The notes under the pieces were generated by a model that saw nothing but the letters and a program-made list of their open reading frames with translations, made no database searches and was not told the DNA's origin. From positions 2,305 to 66,304 of the forward strand of contig JABMPX010000005.1 in the NCBI GenBank assembly GCA_013203625.1: a DNA stretch of 64,000 bases, written 5' to 3'. Shown piece after piece: positions 8,907 to 18,609 of the stretch (positions are counted from its first letter, which is position 1; every line of letters begins with the position of its first letter). This DNA comes from Parcubacteria group bacterium. GTDB lineage: Bacteria > Patescibacteriota > Minisyncoccia > Portnoybacterales > UBA2143. Both the position numbers and the translations under genes were made by a program.

Positions 8907-10193
8907 ATGAGAAATATTTTACAATACATTCTTAAAATTCTAGCCAAGCTGATTCTCTGGCGATATAAGCCAGAAGTTGTGGCAGTGACTGGAAGCGTGG
9001 GTAAAACAGGCGCTAAAGAGGCAATTTATTATGTTCTTAAAAAACAATTCAGAACGCGTCGAAACATAAAGAACTATAATAATGAAATAGGAGTGCCTTT
9101 AACTATTTTAGGACAGGATATTGCGCCAGAAACAAAAATAATTTTCCTATTCTCTTGGTTAATAATCTTTATTAAAGCGTGCTTAACTATTATTTGGCAA
9201 AGAAACTATCCTGAAATTCTGATTTTAGAGATGGGCGTTAGCCATCCCAACGATATGGAATATTTAATCAATTTTGTTCCAGTTAAAGTAGGAGTAATTA
9301 CAGCAATTGGCGAATTTCCGACACATTTGGAGTTTTTTCCAGAAAAAGACAAATTAATTAAAGAAAAAGCTCTTTTAGTAAAATCTTTAGTTAAAGATGG
9401 CGCAGCTATTTTAAATTATGATGATTTATCAATTAGAATGATTGGCGATGATTTGTCGGAAAAAACCAGAATAATTCAATATGGTTTTGGGCAGGGAGCA
9501 GATTTAAGAATTGTGAATTATGAATTAGGAACTATAAATTTGAACAAAAGTGATTATGGAATTAGTTTTAAATTAGAGTATAACGGGAGCATAGTACCAG
9601 TTAGATTGAATAAAGTTTTAGGAAAACAACAGGCTTTTGCAGCCGCGGCCGCAGCCAGTGTCGGTGTATTTTTTGGATTGAATTTAGTCGAGGTTTCTAA
9701 TGCTTTGAGGGAATATTGTTCTTTGCCTGGCAGGACTAAACTTCTTAAAGGAATTAAAAATACATGGATTATTGATGACACATACAATGCTTCGCCATTG
9801 GCTACAATAGCTAGTTTAAAAATTTTAGAAGAGTTAACAAATGAAGAATTCCAAGGAAAGAAAATAGCCGTTTTAGGAGATATGCTGGAATTAGGAGTAA
9901 ATACAGAAATTGGGCATCAACAAGTTGGACAAAAAGCAGCTGAAATTGTTGATTTGCTTTTTACAGTTGGCAAAAGAGCTAACTTTATTGCTGATGAAGC
10001 ATTAAAACAGGGATTAGATAAAGAAAAAGTTTTTAAATTTTCACAGCCAGAACAAGCGGGTTTAGACATTCAAAAAAAACTAAATCAAGGAGATGTTGTT
10101 TTAATAAAGGGTTCACGTGGAATGCATATGGAAAGAATAGTTAAGGAAATTATGGCTGAACCAGAAAAAGCAGAAAAATTATTGATAGCTTAA
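8907..10193 (+). CDS. murF: Mur ligase, most consistent with UDP-MurNAc-tripeptide--D-Ala-D-Ala ligase MurF
   Basis: P-loop VAVTGSVGKTGAKE and DDTYNASPLA motif; sits where murF belongs in a dcw cluster. Confidence 0.7.
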   Translation: MRNILQYILKILAKLILWRYKPEVVAVTGSVGKTGAKEAIYYVLKKQFRTRRNIKNYNNEIGVPLTILGQDIAPETKIIFLFSWLIIFIKACLTIIWQRNYPEILILEMGVSHPNDMEYLINFVPVKVGVITAIGEFPTHLEFFPEKDKLIKEKALLVKSLVKDGAAILNYDDLSIRMIGDDLSEKTRIIQYGFGQGADLRIVNYELGTINLNKSDYGISFKLEYNGSIVPVRLNKVLGKQQAFAAAAAASVGVFFGLNLVEVSNALREYCSLPGRTKLLKGIKNTWIIDDTYNASPLATIASLKILEELTNEEFQGKKIAVLGDMLELGVNTEIGHQQVGQKAAEIVDLLFTVGKRANFIADEALKQGLDKEKVFKFSQPEQAGLDIQKKLNQGDVVLIKGSRGMHMERIVKEIMAEPEKAEKLLIA

Positions 10194-10235
10194 TAATGGA
10201 CAAATATGGTCATTTGTGGTAGATTAAAGGTAAAT

Positions 10236-10308
10236 GGCCCTATCGTCTAGCGGTTAGGACGCCAGGTTCTCATCCTGGTAACTCGGGTTCGACTCCCGGT
10301 AGGGCTAC
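10236..10308 (+). tRNA. tRNA-Glu (anticodon CTC)
   Basis: GGCCCTATCGTCTAGCGGTTAGGACGC..., anticodon stem CCAGG/CCTGG with loop TTCTCAT, T-arm GGTTCGACTCC. Confidence 0.8.
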
Positions 10309-10327
10309 GCGAAAGGAGGTGAAAAAA

Positions 10328-10588
10328 ATGGCAGAGGAAAAATTAGTCGGAAAAATAACTCATTACTTCACGAATATCGGAGTTGGGGTTATTGAAATTA
10401 CTCAAGGCAAATTAGGAGTTGGCGATAAGATCCACATAAAAGGAGCAACTAGTGATTTTGAACAAACAGTTGATTCAATGCAAGTAGAACATGAAAATGT
10501 TGAGATTGCTAAAAAAGGGGATGCGATTGGATTGAAAGTTGAACAGCAAGTTCGAGAAGGCGATGAAGTTTATAAAACAGCAGAATAA
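10328..10588 (+). CDS. small hypothetical protein, beta-barrel-like (EF-Tu domain-2-like?)
   Basis: AGGAGGTG RBS 7 nt upstream of the ATG at 10328. 86-aa Gly/Val-rich sequence with no catalytic motif. Confidence 0.4.
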   Translation: MAEEKLVGKITHYFTNIGVGVIEITQGKLGVGDKIHIKGATSDFEQTVDSMQVEHENVEIAKKGDAIGLKVEQQVREGDEVYKTAE

Positions 10589-10600
10589 TTAAAAATAAAA

Positions 10601-11506
10601 ATGAGAGCAAAAAAGACGAGAATCAAAGCCCTGGTACTTTTTTCAGGCGGCTTGGATTCTATTTTAGCAGTTAAACTTTTACAAGAGCAGGACATAGATG
10701 TAACTGGCATAAGTTTTGTCAGTTATTTTTTTAATGCAGATTTAGCTGAAAAAGCAGCTAAAAATTTAAATATTAAGTTAAAGATAGTTGATTTTTCTGA
10801 TGAACATTTGACCTTGGTCAAAAATCCTCATTATGGATATGGCAAAGCAATTAATCCTTGTATTGATTGTCATTTGATGATGATAAAGAAAACCAAGGAA
10901 AGGTTAGAGAAATTTGACTTTGTTGCTACTGGCGAGGTTTTAGGCGAACGACCAATGTCACAGAATAAGCAGGCATTGGAATTAATTGAAAAACAATCGG
11001 GCCTCAAAGGTTATTTATTGCGTCCTTTGTCAGCTAAATTGCTTGAATCAACTATTGTGGAAAAGCAAGGATTAGTTAATAGAGACAAATTATTAGATAT
11101 TTCTGGCCGGAGCAGAAAAATGCAAATGGTTTTAGCTGAAAAATGGGGGATCAAAGAATATCCTACGCCAGCTGGCGGATGTTGTTTAACTGATTTGCAG
11201 TTTGCTCATCGTTTTAAAGAAATGTTAAAATATTGGCCAGATTGTGGAGGCAATGATGTTTTATTATTAAAATTAGGCCGTCATTTTTGGGAAAGGGAAA
11301 ATTTAATCATTGTTGGCCGTAATGAACAAGAAAATAAAGAGATTAAGAAATTATCTCAAAAAGGAGATTTATTGATAGAGCCGAAAGAATTTCCTGGACC
11401 AAGTATTTTAATTAGGAGTAAGACAAAAATTTTAAACCAAAGCTTAATTAGGGCTAAAGAGTTGATGATTAAATATGCGCATAAACAAAGGTCTATTATC
11501 AAATAG
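10601..11506 (+). CDS. PP-loop ATP pyrophosphatase, ThiI-like tRNA sulfurtransferase family (standalone PP-loop domain with CxxC)
   Basis: SGGLDS PP-loop, ATGEVLGERPMSQNKQAL (ThiI-like GE..Q..SQ), and CIDCH plus GGCC cysteine clusters. Confidence 0.45.
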   Translation: MRAKKTRIKALVLFSGGLDSILAVKLLQEQDIDVTGISFVSYFFNADLAEKAAKNLNIKLKIVDFSDEHLTLVKNPHYGYGKAINPCIDCHLMMIKKTKERLEKFDFVATGEVLGERPMSQNKQALELIEKQSGLKGYLLRPLSAKLLESTIVEKQGLVNRDKLLDISGRSRKMQMVLAEKWGIKEYPTPAGGCCLTDLQFAHRFKEMLKYWPDCGGNDVLLLKLGRHFWERENLIIVGRNEQENKEIKKLSQKGDLLIEPKEFPGPSILIRSKTKILNQSLIRAKELMIKYAHKQRSIIK

Positions 11507-11512
11507 GCCTTT

Positions 11513-14164
11513 TTGATGTATTATAATAATATGCAAAAACAATGGCATAGTTTTTCAATTAAAAAGACATTTCAGGAATTAAAGTCAGGAGCAAAAGGAT
11601 TAAGCCAGAAGCAAGCAGAAGAACGATTAAAGAAATTTGGTCTGAATAAACTTTCAAAAGACAAGCCCTTTTCAAAAATAAAGGTATTTTTAGAGCAGAT
11701 TAGAAGCCCTTTAATTTATATTTTATTTCTTGCCGGAATTATTACTTTAGTTCTATCTGAATATACTGATACAATTGTTATTTTCGGAGCAGTTCTTTTA
11801 AATACAATTGTTGGTTATTTACAAGAGAATAAAGCTAATCAGGCCTTAACAAAATTAAAGAAAATCCTGCGAGTAAAGGCAATTGTTTTGCGAAATAAAC
11901 AAGAAATGGAAATTACTCAAAAGTATCTTGTTCCAGGCGATATTATTTTTTTAAAAGCTGGCAATAAGGTGCCTGCTGACGCGCGAATAATTGAGAATCA
12001 TAATTTAAGAATTAATGAATCAGCTTTAACAGGTGAATGGCTGCCAGCTCAAAAAAACACTAGAACTTTATCCAAAGATATTTCTTTGGCTGATAGGGAC
12101 AACATGGCTTATATGGGGACAGTCGTTGAAAGCGGTTGGGGCAAAGCAGTTGTTGTTAATACTGGAATGTCTGCTGAAATTGGCCAGGTAGCCCAGATGA
12201 TTAAACAAACCAAAGAAAAGAAAACTCCTTATCAAAAAAAATTATCTCGTTTTAGCAGGATTATCGGCTTGGTTATTGTGGCTGTATGTTTGGCTATTTT
12301 TATTGAAGGAATGCTTGCTGGAGGCAGTTTTATTGAAATGTTTACTACTTCTATTGCTGTTGCTGTTGCAGCGATTCCAGAAGGCCTGCCAGTGGCAATG
12401 ACTGTTATTTTGGCTTTGGGTATGCAGAGAATTTTAAAAAGAAAAGGATTGGTTCGCAGATTAGCTTCAGCTGAAACATTGGGCAGTACCTCAATAATTT
12501 TAACTGACAAAACAGGAACTCTAACTGAAGCAAAAATGGAAGTGGCTGGCATTTTTGCCGGAGCAGATTTAAATTCCTCATCTAATATATCAGCTTTGAA
12601 AATTGCAATGCTTTGCAATGAATCGTTCATTGAGAATTTAAATGAACCAATGAAAAAATGGATTATTCGCGGTCGTCCAACTGAGAAAGCTTTGTTATTA
12701 GCTGGCATTCAATCTGGACTTAATAAAAAAGAATTGGAAGAAAAACAGCCAATAATTGATAGATTTCTTTTTGACTCGACTTATAAATATTCTGCTAGTT
12801 TGCATAAATTTAATTTAGAAAACAATATTTTATACACAGTTGGTTCTCCAGAAAAACTTTTAACTATGTCTAGTTATTTAGACAACAAAGGGACAAAGGA
12901 AAAGTTATTAATAACTGATTTTAAGAGAGTAAAAGAAAAAATTAATAAATTAACTAAACAGGGATTAAGAGTAGTGGCAGTTGCTTATAAAGAAATCCCA
13001 GTTAATAAAACAGGGGATTATAAAGAGTTAACAGATTTAATTGAAGAAATAGTTTTTGTCGGGCTTTTTGCTTTGCATGACCCGATTAGAAAAGAGACAA
13101 AAAAAGTGATGGATCTTTGCAGGCAGGCAGGCATGAAGCCGATTATTGTTACTGGGGACCACAAATTAACTGCTTTAACAGTAGCCAATAAGCTTGGTTT
13201 CAAAGTTAAAGAAAAAGATATTTTAGAAGGCAGGGATTTATCTAAAATGTCTGATAAAGAGTTCAAAAAGAGGTTTGAAAAGATTCGGGTTTATGCTCGG
13301 GTTGAACCAGCTCAGAAATTAAGAATTGTTCAGGCCTGGCAGGATAAAGGAGAGATAGTAGCAATGACCGGTGATGGAATTAATGATGCGCCAGCTTTAA
13401 AACAAGCAGATATAGGCGTTGCCTTGGGTTCAGGAACTGATATTGCCAAAGAGGTTTCTGATTTGGTTCTTTTAACTGATAATTTTAATATTATTGTGGC
13501 GGCCATTGAAGAAGGGCGGGCTATTATTGATAATATTAGAAAAATAATTACTTATTTGCTTTCAGACAGTTTTACAGAAGTTATTTTAATTAGCATGAGC
13601 TTGCTTTTTGGCTGGCCATTGCCAATTTTAGCTGCCCAGATTTTATGGGTTAATTTAATTGAAGATGGTCCTTTAGGTATTTGTTTGGCTTTTGAAAAAA
13701 AAGAAAAAGGCATTATGAAACAAAAGCCGCAAAATTATGGCCTTTTCCTTTTAAATAAAGAAATGAAGACATTGATTTTTATTATAGGCCTAATTACTGA
13801 TATTCTTTTATTAGGACTTTTCTTTTTTCTTTTAAAATATTCTGGATATGAAATACCTCATATTAGATCAATAATTTTTGCTGGTTTGACTATTGATTCT
13901 CTTTTTTATATTTTCTCCTGTAAAAGTTTGCGCAGAAATTTATGGCATATTAATCTTTTATCTAATAAGTTTTTAATTTTTGCCTGGTTGTTTGGAGCGA
14001 TAATGTTATTACTTGCTCTTTATGCGCCTTTCTTGCAAACGCTTTTAAAAACTGTGCCGTTAAATCTTTTTGATTGGTGTTTGGTTTTAGGATTAGGATT
14101 CTTGAATATAGTCTTAATTGAAATTACTAAACATCATTTTATTGTTAAAAGGGAAATCAAATGA
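11513..14164 (+). CDS. P-type cation-transporting ATPase (P2-type, Ca2+/Mg2+ family)
   Basis: DKTGTLT phosphorylation motif, TGDGINDAPALKQADIGVALG hinge motif, 8-10 predicted TMs; 883 aa. Confidence 0.9.
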   Translation: MMYYNNMQKQWHSFSIKKTFQELKSGAKGLSQKQAEERLKKFGLNKLSKDKPFSKIKVFLEQIRSPLIYILFLAGIITLVLSEYTDTIVIFGAVLLNTIVGYLQENKANQALTKLKKILRVKAIVLRNKQEMEITQKYLVPGDIIFLKAGNKVPADARIIENHNLRINESALTGEWLPAQKNTRTLSKDISLADRDNMAYMGTVVESGWGKAVVVNTGMSAEIGQVAQMIKQTKEKKTPYQKKLSRFSRIIGLVIVAVCLAIFIEGMLAGGSFIEMFTTSIAVAVAAIPEGLPVAMTVILALGMQRILKRKGLVRRLASAETLGSTSIILTDKTGTLTEAKMEVAGIFAGADLNSSSNISALKIAMLCNESFIENLNEPMKKWIIRGRPTEKALLLAGIQSGLNKKELEEKQPIIDRFLFDSTYKYSASLHKFNLENNILYTVGSPEKLLTMSSYLDNKGTKEKLLITDFKRVKEKINKLTKQGLRVVAVAYKEIPVNKTGDYKELTDLIEEIVFVGLFALHDPIRKETKKVMDLCRQAGMKPIIVTGDHKLTALTVANKLGFKVKEKDILEGRDLSKMSDKEFKKRFEKIRVYARVEPAQKLRIVQAWQDKGEIVAMTGDGINDAPALKQADIGVALGSGTDIAKEVSDLVLLTDNFNIIVAAIEEGRAIIDNIRKIITYLLSDSFTEVILISMSLLFGWPLPILAAQILWVNLIEDGPLGICLAFEKKEKGIMKQKPQNYGLFLLNKEMKTLIFIIGLITDILLLGLFFFLLKYSGYEIPHIRSIIFAGLTIDSLFYIFSCKSLRRNLWHINLLSNKFLIFAWLFGAIMLLLALYAPFLQTLLKTVPLNLFDWCLVLGLGFLNIVLIEITKHHFIVKREIK

Positions 14165-15111
14165 CCTTGCATATTCTAATTTTTATTACTTCATTTTTCT
14201 TGCTGGTTTTATCAAGCAAGTGGTTAATTGATGCTTTAATAAAATTAGCTAAATTTTTGGGCTGGAAGGAATTTGTAGTTGCTTTTTTCACAATGGCTAT
14301 GGCTGGAGCAATCCCTAATCTTTCAGTTGGCTTAAGCTCTGTTTTCCATAAAGTTCCTCAACTTTCTTTTGCTGAAATTGTTGGCGGTAATATTGTTGAT
14401 TTAACTGTAGCAGTAGCCCTAGCAGCTCTTATTTCAAAAAAAGGACTTACTTTGGCTAGCCGAACTGTTCAAGGCAGCGCTATTTTTACTTTGATTGTGG
14501 CTGTTTTGCCTTTGCTTTTAATAGCCGATGGTCAGCTTTCTCAAATAGATGGTCTTTTGTTAGTTTCGGCTTTTTTTGTCTATATATTCTGGCTATTTAA
14601 TAAAGAAGACCGATTTAGTAAAATTTACAATAAAATTAAAAGACCATTGGGTTTTAAAACTGTTTTTCAGAATATAGGAATTTTAATAGGAGCAATTATT
14701 TTACTCGTTTTAGCAGCTGAAGGAATTGTAAGATCAGCTACTTTTTTCTCAATGAGCTTGAATCTTCCACTTGTTTTAATTGGTATTTTAATTGTTGGAT
14801 TAGGCAATGCTTTGCCTGAAATTTTCTTTAGTATTCAGGCAGCAAAAAGAGGCAAAGATTGGCTGGTAGTTGGCAATGTTATGGGTTCAATAATTATCCC
14901 AGCTACTTTGGTTCTTGGAATAGTTGCTTTTTTTTCTCCAATTAAAATTACTGATTTTTCGCCATTTGCTATTGGCCGATTTTTCCTGATTGTTTCAGCT
15001 ATATTTTTCTTGCTTTTTATACGAACTAATCGAAAAATTACCAAAAAAGAAGCTGTTTTCTTATTATTAATCTATCTGGCCTTTGTTTTGGCCGAAATTA
15101 TGTTAAAATAA
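14161..15111 (+). CDS. Na+/Ca2+ exchanger (CaCA family, YrbG-like) membrane protein
   Basis: Two alpha-repeat regions (GGNIVDLTVAVALAAL and GNALPEIFFSIQAAKRG) and about 10 TMs. The start ATG overlaps the ATPase stop (ATGA). Confidence 0.7.
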   Translation: MTLHILIFITSFFLLVLSSKWLIDALIKLAKFLGWKEFVVAFFTMAMAGAIPNLSVGLSSVFHKVPQLSFAEIVGGNIVDLTVAVALAALISKKGLTLASRTVQGSAIFTLIVAVLPLLLIADGQLSQIDGLLLVSAFFVYIFWLFNKEDRFSKIYNKIKRPLGFKTVFQNIGILIGAIILLVLAAEGIVRSATFFSMSLNLPLVLIGILIVGLGNALPEIFFSIQAAKRGKDWLVVGNVMGSIIIPATLVLGIVAFFSPIKITDFSPFAIGRFFLIVSAIFFLLFIRTNRKITKKEAVFLLLIYLAFVLAEIMLK

Positions 15112-15116
15112 CTATT

Positions 15117-16157
15117 ATGGAGTATTTCACTAATGCGCTTTTAATTTTAATTGTTGCGGGCTTGGGTCTGATATTTTTTCTGTTATTTAAAAAAAGAACA
15201 AATAAACCAGAAAAAGAATCCATGCTTATGCTTCAGCAGCAATTAAATCAGCTTAGTCAGGTTTTGGATAATAAGCTAAGTGAATCAACTAAATCTCTTC
15301 AAAATCAATTTAACCAGAGCAACAAGATTATCAGAGATGTAACTGAAAAACTTACTAAATTGGATAGTACTAATAAACGAGTAGTCGGTTTTGCTGAACA
15401 ATTGCAATCTTTAGAGAATATTTTGACCAATCCTAAGCGTCGGGGCGTTTTAGGTGAATATTATTTAGAAGAATTATTAAAGAACATTTTTAATCCAAGC
15501 CAATACAAAATGCAGTATGCTTTTAAGGATGGCAAGATTGTTGATGCAGTAATATTTTTAAAAGATAAAATAATTCCGATTGATTCTAAATTTTCTTTGG
15601 AAAATTACAATAGGATTATAGGAGAAAACGATCCAAATAAAAGAGAGCAATTAGAAAAAGCATTTAAGCAGGATTTAAAGACAAGAATTGATGAAACAGC
15701 TCAATATATCAGGCCAAAAGAAAAGACCTATGAATTTGCTTTTATGTTTATTCCGGCCGAAGCCATTTATTATGATTTGTTAGTTAATAGGATTGGAGCT
15801 ATCAAGGCCAACACTAGAAGCTTGTTAGATTACGCAGTTAGAGAAAAGCATGTTCATATAGTTTCGCCTACTTCTTTTTTCGCTTATTTACAGACAATTT
15901 TAGAAGGATTGCGAGGTATGCAGATTGAAGAGTCAACAAAAGAAATTATTAAAATGGTAGGCAAATTAGATAGACATATTAAAGGTTATAGTTCATATCA
16001 TAAAAAAATAGGCGATAGTATTAATACTACAGTTAATATGTATAACAGTTCTTCTAAAGAATTGAAAAAAGTGGATAAGGATGTAGCCAAGATTACCGGA
16101 GGAAAACCAGAAGTAGAAATTAAAGAAATAGAGAAACCATCTGCGGAGCGGGAATAG
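15117..16157 (+). CDS. rmuC: DNA recombination protein RmuC
   Basis: N-terminal TM, long coiled coil, and conserved FMFIPAEAIYYDLL core of the RmuC family. Confidence 0.65.
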   Translation: MEYFTNALLILIVAGLGLIFFLLFKKRTNKPEKESMLMLQQQLNQLSQVLDNKLSESTKSLQNQFNQSNKIIRDVTEKLTKLDSTNKRVVGFAEQLQSLENILTNPKRRGVLGEYYLEELLKNIFNPSQYKMQYAFKDGKIVDAVIFLKDKIIPIDSKFSLENYNRIIGENDPNKREQLEKAFKQDLKTRIDETAQYIRPKEKTYEFAFMFIPAEAIYYDLLVNRIGAIKANTRSLLDYAVREKHVHIVSPTSFFAYLQTILEGLRGMQIEESTKEIIKMVGKLDRHIKGYSSYHKKIGDSINTTVNMYNSSSKELKKVDKDVAKITGGKPEVEIKEIEKPSAERE

Positions 16158-16223
16158 CTTAATTGGTAAAGCCTTTTGCTCCCAGCAAGAGAGTCACAGG
16201 TTCGAGCCCTGTTTCCCGCTCCA
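16148..16223 (+). tRNA. tRNA-Gly (anticodon CCC), CCA encoded
   Basis: GCGGGAATAGCTTAATTGGTAAAGC..., anticodon loop CTCCCAG, T-arm GGTTCGAGCCC, 3' TTCCCGCTCCA. The first ~10 nt overlap the rmuC stop codon. Confidence 0.8.
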
Positions 16224-16234
16224 AATTTAAAAAC

Positions 16235-16268
16235 GGCGGATGATTAAAATTCATCCGCCTTAGTTATT
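16235..16268 (+). terminator. rho-independent terminator
   Basis: GGCGGATGA-ttaaaat-TCATCCGCC stem followed by TTAGTTATT. Confidence 0.55.
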
Positions 16269-16301
16269 GATTTTTATTCTTATTTAAGTTATATTAGATT
16301 T

Positions 16302-16616
16302 ATGTTTGCAGTAATTAAAACAGGTAGTAAACAGTATTTGGTTTCGCCTGGCGATAAAATCAAAATAGAAAAATTAGAAACAGACGAAGGCAAAGAAATC
16401 ATCTTTGACCAAGTTTTATTATTGGAAAAAAATAAGGCGTTAAAAATAGGCGACCCCTTAGTTAAAGGCGCTAAAGTCACGGCGAAAGTTTTAAAACAAG
16501 ACAGAGCTAAGAAAGTGATTATTTTCAAATACAAGCCCAAGAAACGCTACCAAAAAAAAATGGGCCATCGTCAGCCCTATACAGAAGTAGAGATATTAAA
16601 GTTTGAGGTTTTTTAA
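16302..16616 (+). CDS. rplU: 50S ribosomal protein L21
   Basis: MFAVIKTGSKQYLVSPGDKIKIEKL is the canonical L21 N-terminus. Confidence 0.9.
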   Translation: MFAVIKTGSKQYLVSPGDKIKIEKLETDEGKEIIFDQVLLLEKNKALKIGDPLVKGAKVTAKVLKQDRAKKVIIFKYKPKKRYQKKMGHRQPYTEVEILKFEVF

Positions 16617-16629
16617 GGACTGTCCTTGT

Positions 16630-17229
16630 CTATTTACGTCCCAAAAGAGCGCTAGTTAAAGTGTTTTCATCAATATATTCTAAATCGCTGCCAAATGATA
16701 ATCCGCGGCCTAAACGGGTTATTTTTATTTCAAAAGGTTTTAATAATCGTTGAATATACAAAGCAGTAGTATCTCCTTCAGTAGTCGGGCTTAAGGCAAA
16801 AATTATTTCTTTAATTTGGGGCTGGCTTTTTTTAATTCTATTAATTAATGTTTCAATTTGTATGTTATCTGGACCAATTCCATCACTTGGCGAAATTAAG
16901 CCGCCTAAAACATGATAGAGTCCATCATATTGTTTGGTCTTTTCTAATGGAATAATATTCAAAATATTTTCTACTAAACAAATTATTTCTTTGTTTCTTT
17001 TTGAATCCTGGCACATAGAACAAAGCTGATTGTTTTTATTTGTAATATTAAAACATTGAGAGCAAAGATGAATTTCTGTTTTAAGATTTTTAATCAAAGA
17101 AGATAAATCATCTAATTTTCCTTGTTCTTGATTGATTAAATAAAAAACTAACCGAGTAGCAGCTCGGGGTCCAATATCAGGTAATTGACTTAATTGATTA
17201 ATTAAGTTTTGGATTGAATTAGGAAACAT
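16630..17229 (-). CDS. recR: recombination protein RecR
   Basis: C4 zinc finger CSQC...CSMC, Toprim region, YDGLYHVLGG motif. Confidence 0.9.
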   Translation of the reverse strand: MFPNSIQNLINQLSQLPDIGPRAATRLVFYLINQEQGKLDDLSSLIKNLKTEIHLCSQCFNITNKNNQLCSMCQDSKRNKEIICLVENILNIIPLEKTKQYDGLYHVLGGLISPSDGIGPDNIQIETLINRIKKSQPQIKEIIFALSPTTEGDTTALYIQRLLKPFEIKITRLGRGLSFGSDLEYIDENTLTSALLGRK

Positions 17230-17241
17230 GCCAATATAATT

Positions 17242-18609
17242 TTACTCTCCTAAGTGCTTCTCCAGATTTTTAAAACTAACCTGGCTTTCATTGAAAAAAA
17301 GTTCTATTCTGCCAGTTGGTCCATTGCGATGCTTAGCAATATGAATTTCTGCAATATTCTTTCGTTCAGTATTGGGGTTATCTTTATCTTCTCTGTAGAT
17401 AAAAAGGACTACATCGCTATCCTGTTCAATAGCTCCTGAATCACGAAGGTCAGAGAGTTTAGGAATGGAAGGAGAACGGCTTTCAACTGCGCGATTAAGC
17501 TGTGAAAGAGCTAGAATTGGAAGATTAAGCTCTCTCCCTAATGTCTTTAAGCTGCGTGATATTTCTGTCATTTGTTGAACTGGCGGATCACTTGGATTTC
17601 GCGGTTGAATCATTTGTATATAGTCAATAATAATTAATCCTAAGTCATGTTCGCTTTGCAAACGACGAGCCATTGTTCTTATTTGCATAATTGTTGGCGA
17701 AGGAGCGTCATCAATAAAAATAGAAGAAGCTGATAATTCATCTAGGGCTTGCTGAATGCGCTGGAAATCATTGTCTGGCCCTTCGCCAGATAAGCGTCCT
17801 GTGCGCATGCGCCAAGAATCTACTTCAGCTTGAGCGCAGATTAATCGGTCAACTAATTGCTCCTTGGACATTTCCAAACTAAAAATAGCTACTGGCGTTT
17901 TTTCTTTTGTAGAAATATGGCGGGCAAAGTCCAAAGCTAATGAAGTTTTACCAAGTGATGGTCTGGACGCTAAAATAATTAAATCTGATTTTTGTAAACC
18001 AGATAAATGATTATCTAAATCAGCAAAACCAGTTGGTATTCCTCGAGTAACATCTTCTCCGCGATGCAATTTGTCAATTCTCTCAAAAGCGTCTTCTAAT
18101 GTATCTTTAATAGGAATAAATTTTTGACTAATTGATTTTTGAGAAATACTAAAAATTTTTTGTTCAGCAGTATCAACTAAACCTTCAACATCCTCATCTT
18201 CCTTATAGCTTATTTGTTCAATTTCATGAGAGGCATTAATCAAGTCACGAAGAACTTTTTTGCTCTTGATAATTTTAGCATAATGGGCAATATGAGCTGC
18301 TGTAGGCACAGAATTAACCAAATTGCTTAAATATGTAGCGCCGCCGATGTCTTTCAATTGTTTTTTTTCTTTTAAGCGATTAGTTAAGCTAAGCAGATCA
18401 ATTGGTTCATTCTTCTCATAAAGCTCTAATATTGCTTGATAAATATTACCGTGGCTTCCTCTATAAAAATCATCCGACTTTAGAATATCAGCCACTTTAA
18501 AAATTCCTTCTTTGTCCAACATCAAAGAGCCGAGAACCGACTGTTCTGCTTCAATATTTTGAGGAGGCAAACGCCCTTCAATTGATTTAACTTGTTTACT
18601 TATAGCCAT
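17242..18609 (-). CDS. dnaB: replicative DNA helicase DnaB
   Basis: Walker A ASRPSLGKTSLAL, DnaB N-terminal domain, 455 aa, no intein. Confidence 0.9.
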   Translation of the reverse strand: MAISKQVKSIEGRLPPQNIEAEQSVLGSLMLDKEGIFKVADILKSDDFYRGSHGNIYQAILELYEKNEPIDLLSLTNRLKEKKQLKDIGGATYLSNLVNSVPTAAHIAHYAKIIKSKKVLRDLINASHEIEQISYKEDEDVEGLVDTAEQKIFSISQKSISQKFIPIKDTLEDAFERIDKLHRGEDVTRGIPTGFADLDNHLSGLQKSDLIILASRPSLGKTSLALDFARHISTKEKTPVAIFSLEMSKEQLVDRLICAQAEVDSWRMRTGRLSGEGPDNDFQRIQQALDELSASSIFIDDAPSPTIMQIRTMARRLQSEHDLGLIIIDYIQMIQPRNPSDPPVQQMTEISRSLKTLGRELNLPILALSQLNRAVESRSPSIPKLSDLRDSGAIEQDSDVVLFIYREDKDNPNTERKNIAEIHIAKHRNGPTGRIELFFNESQVSFKNLEKHLGE

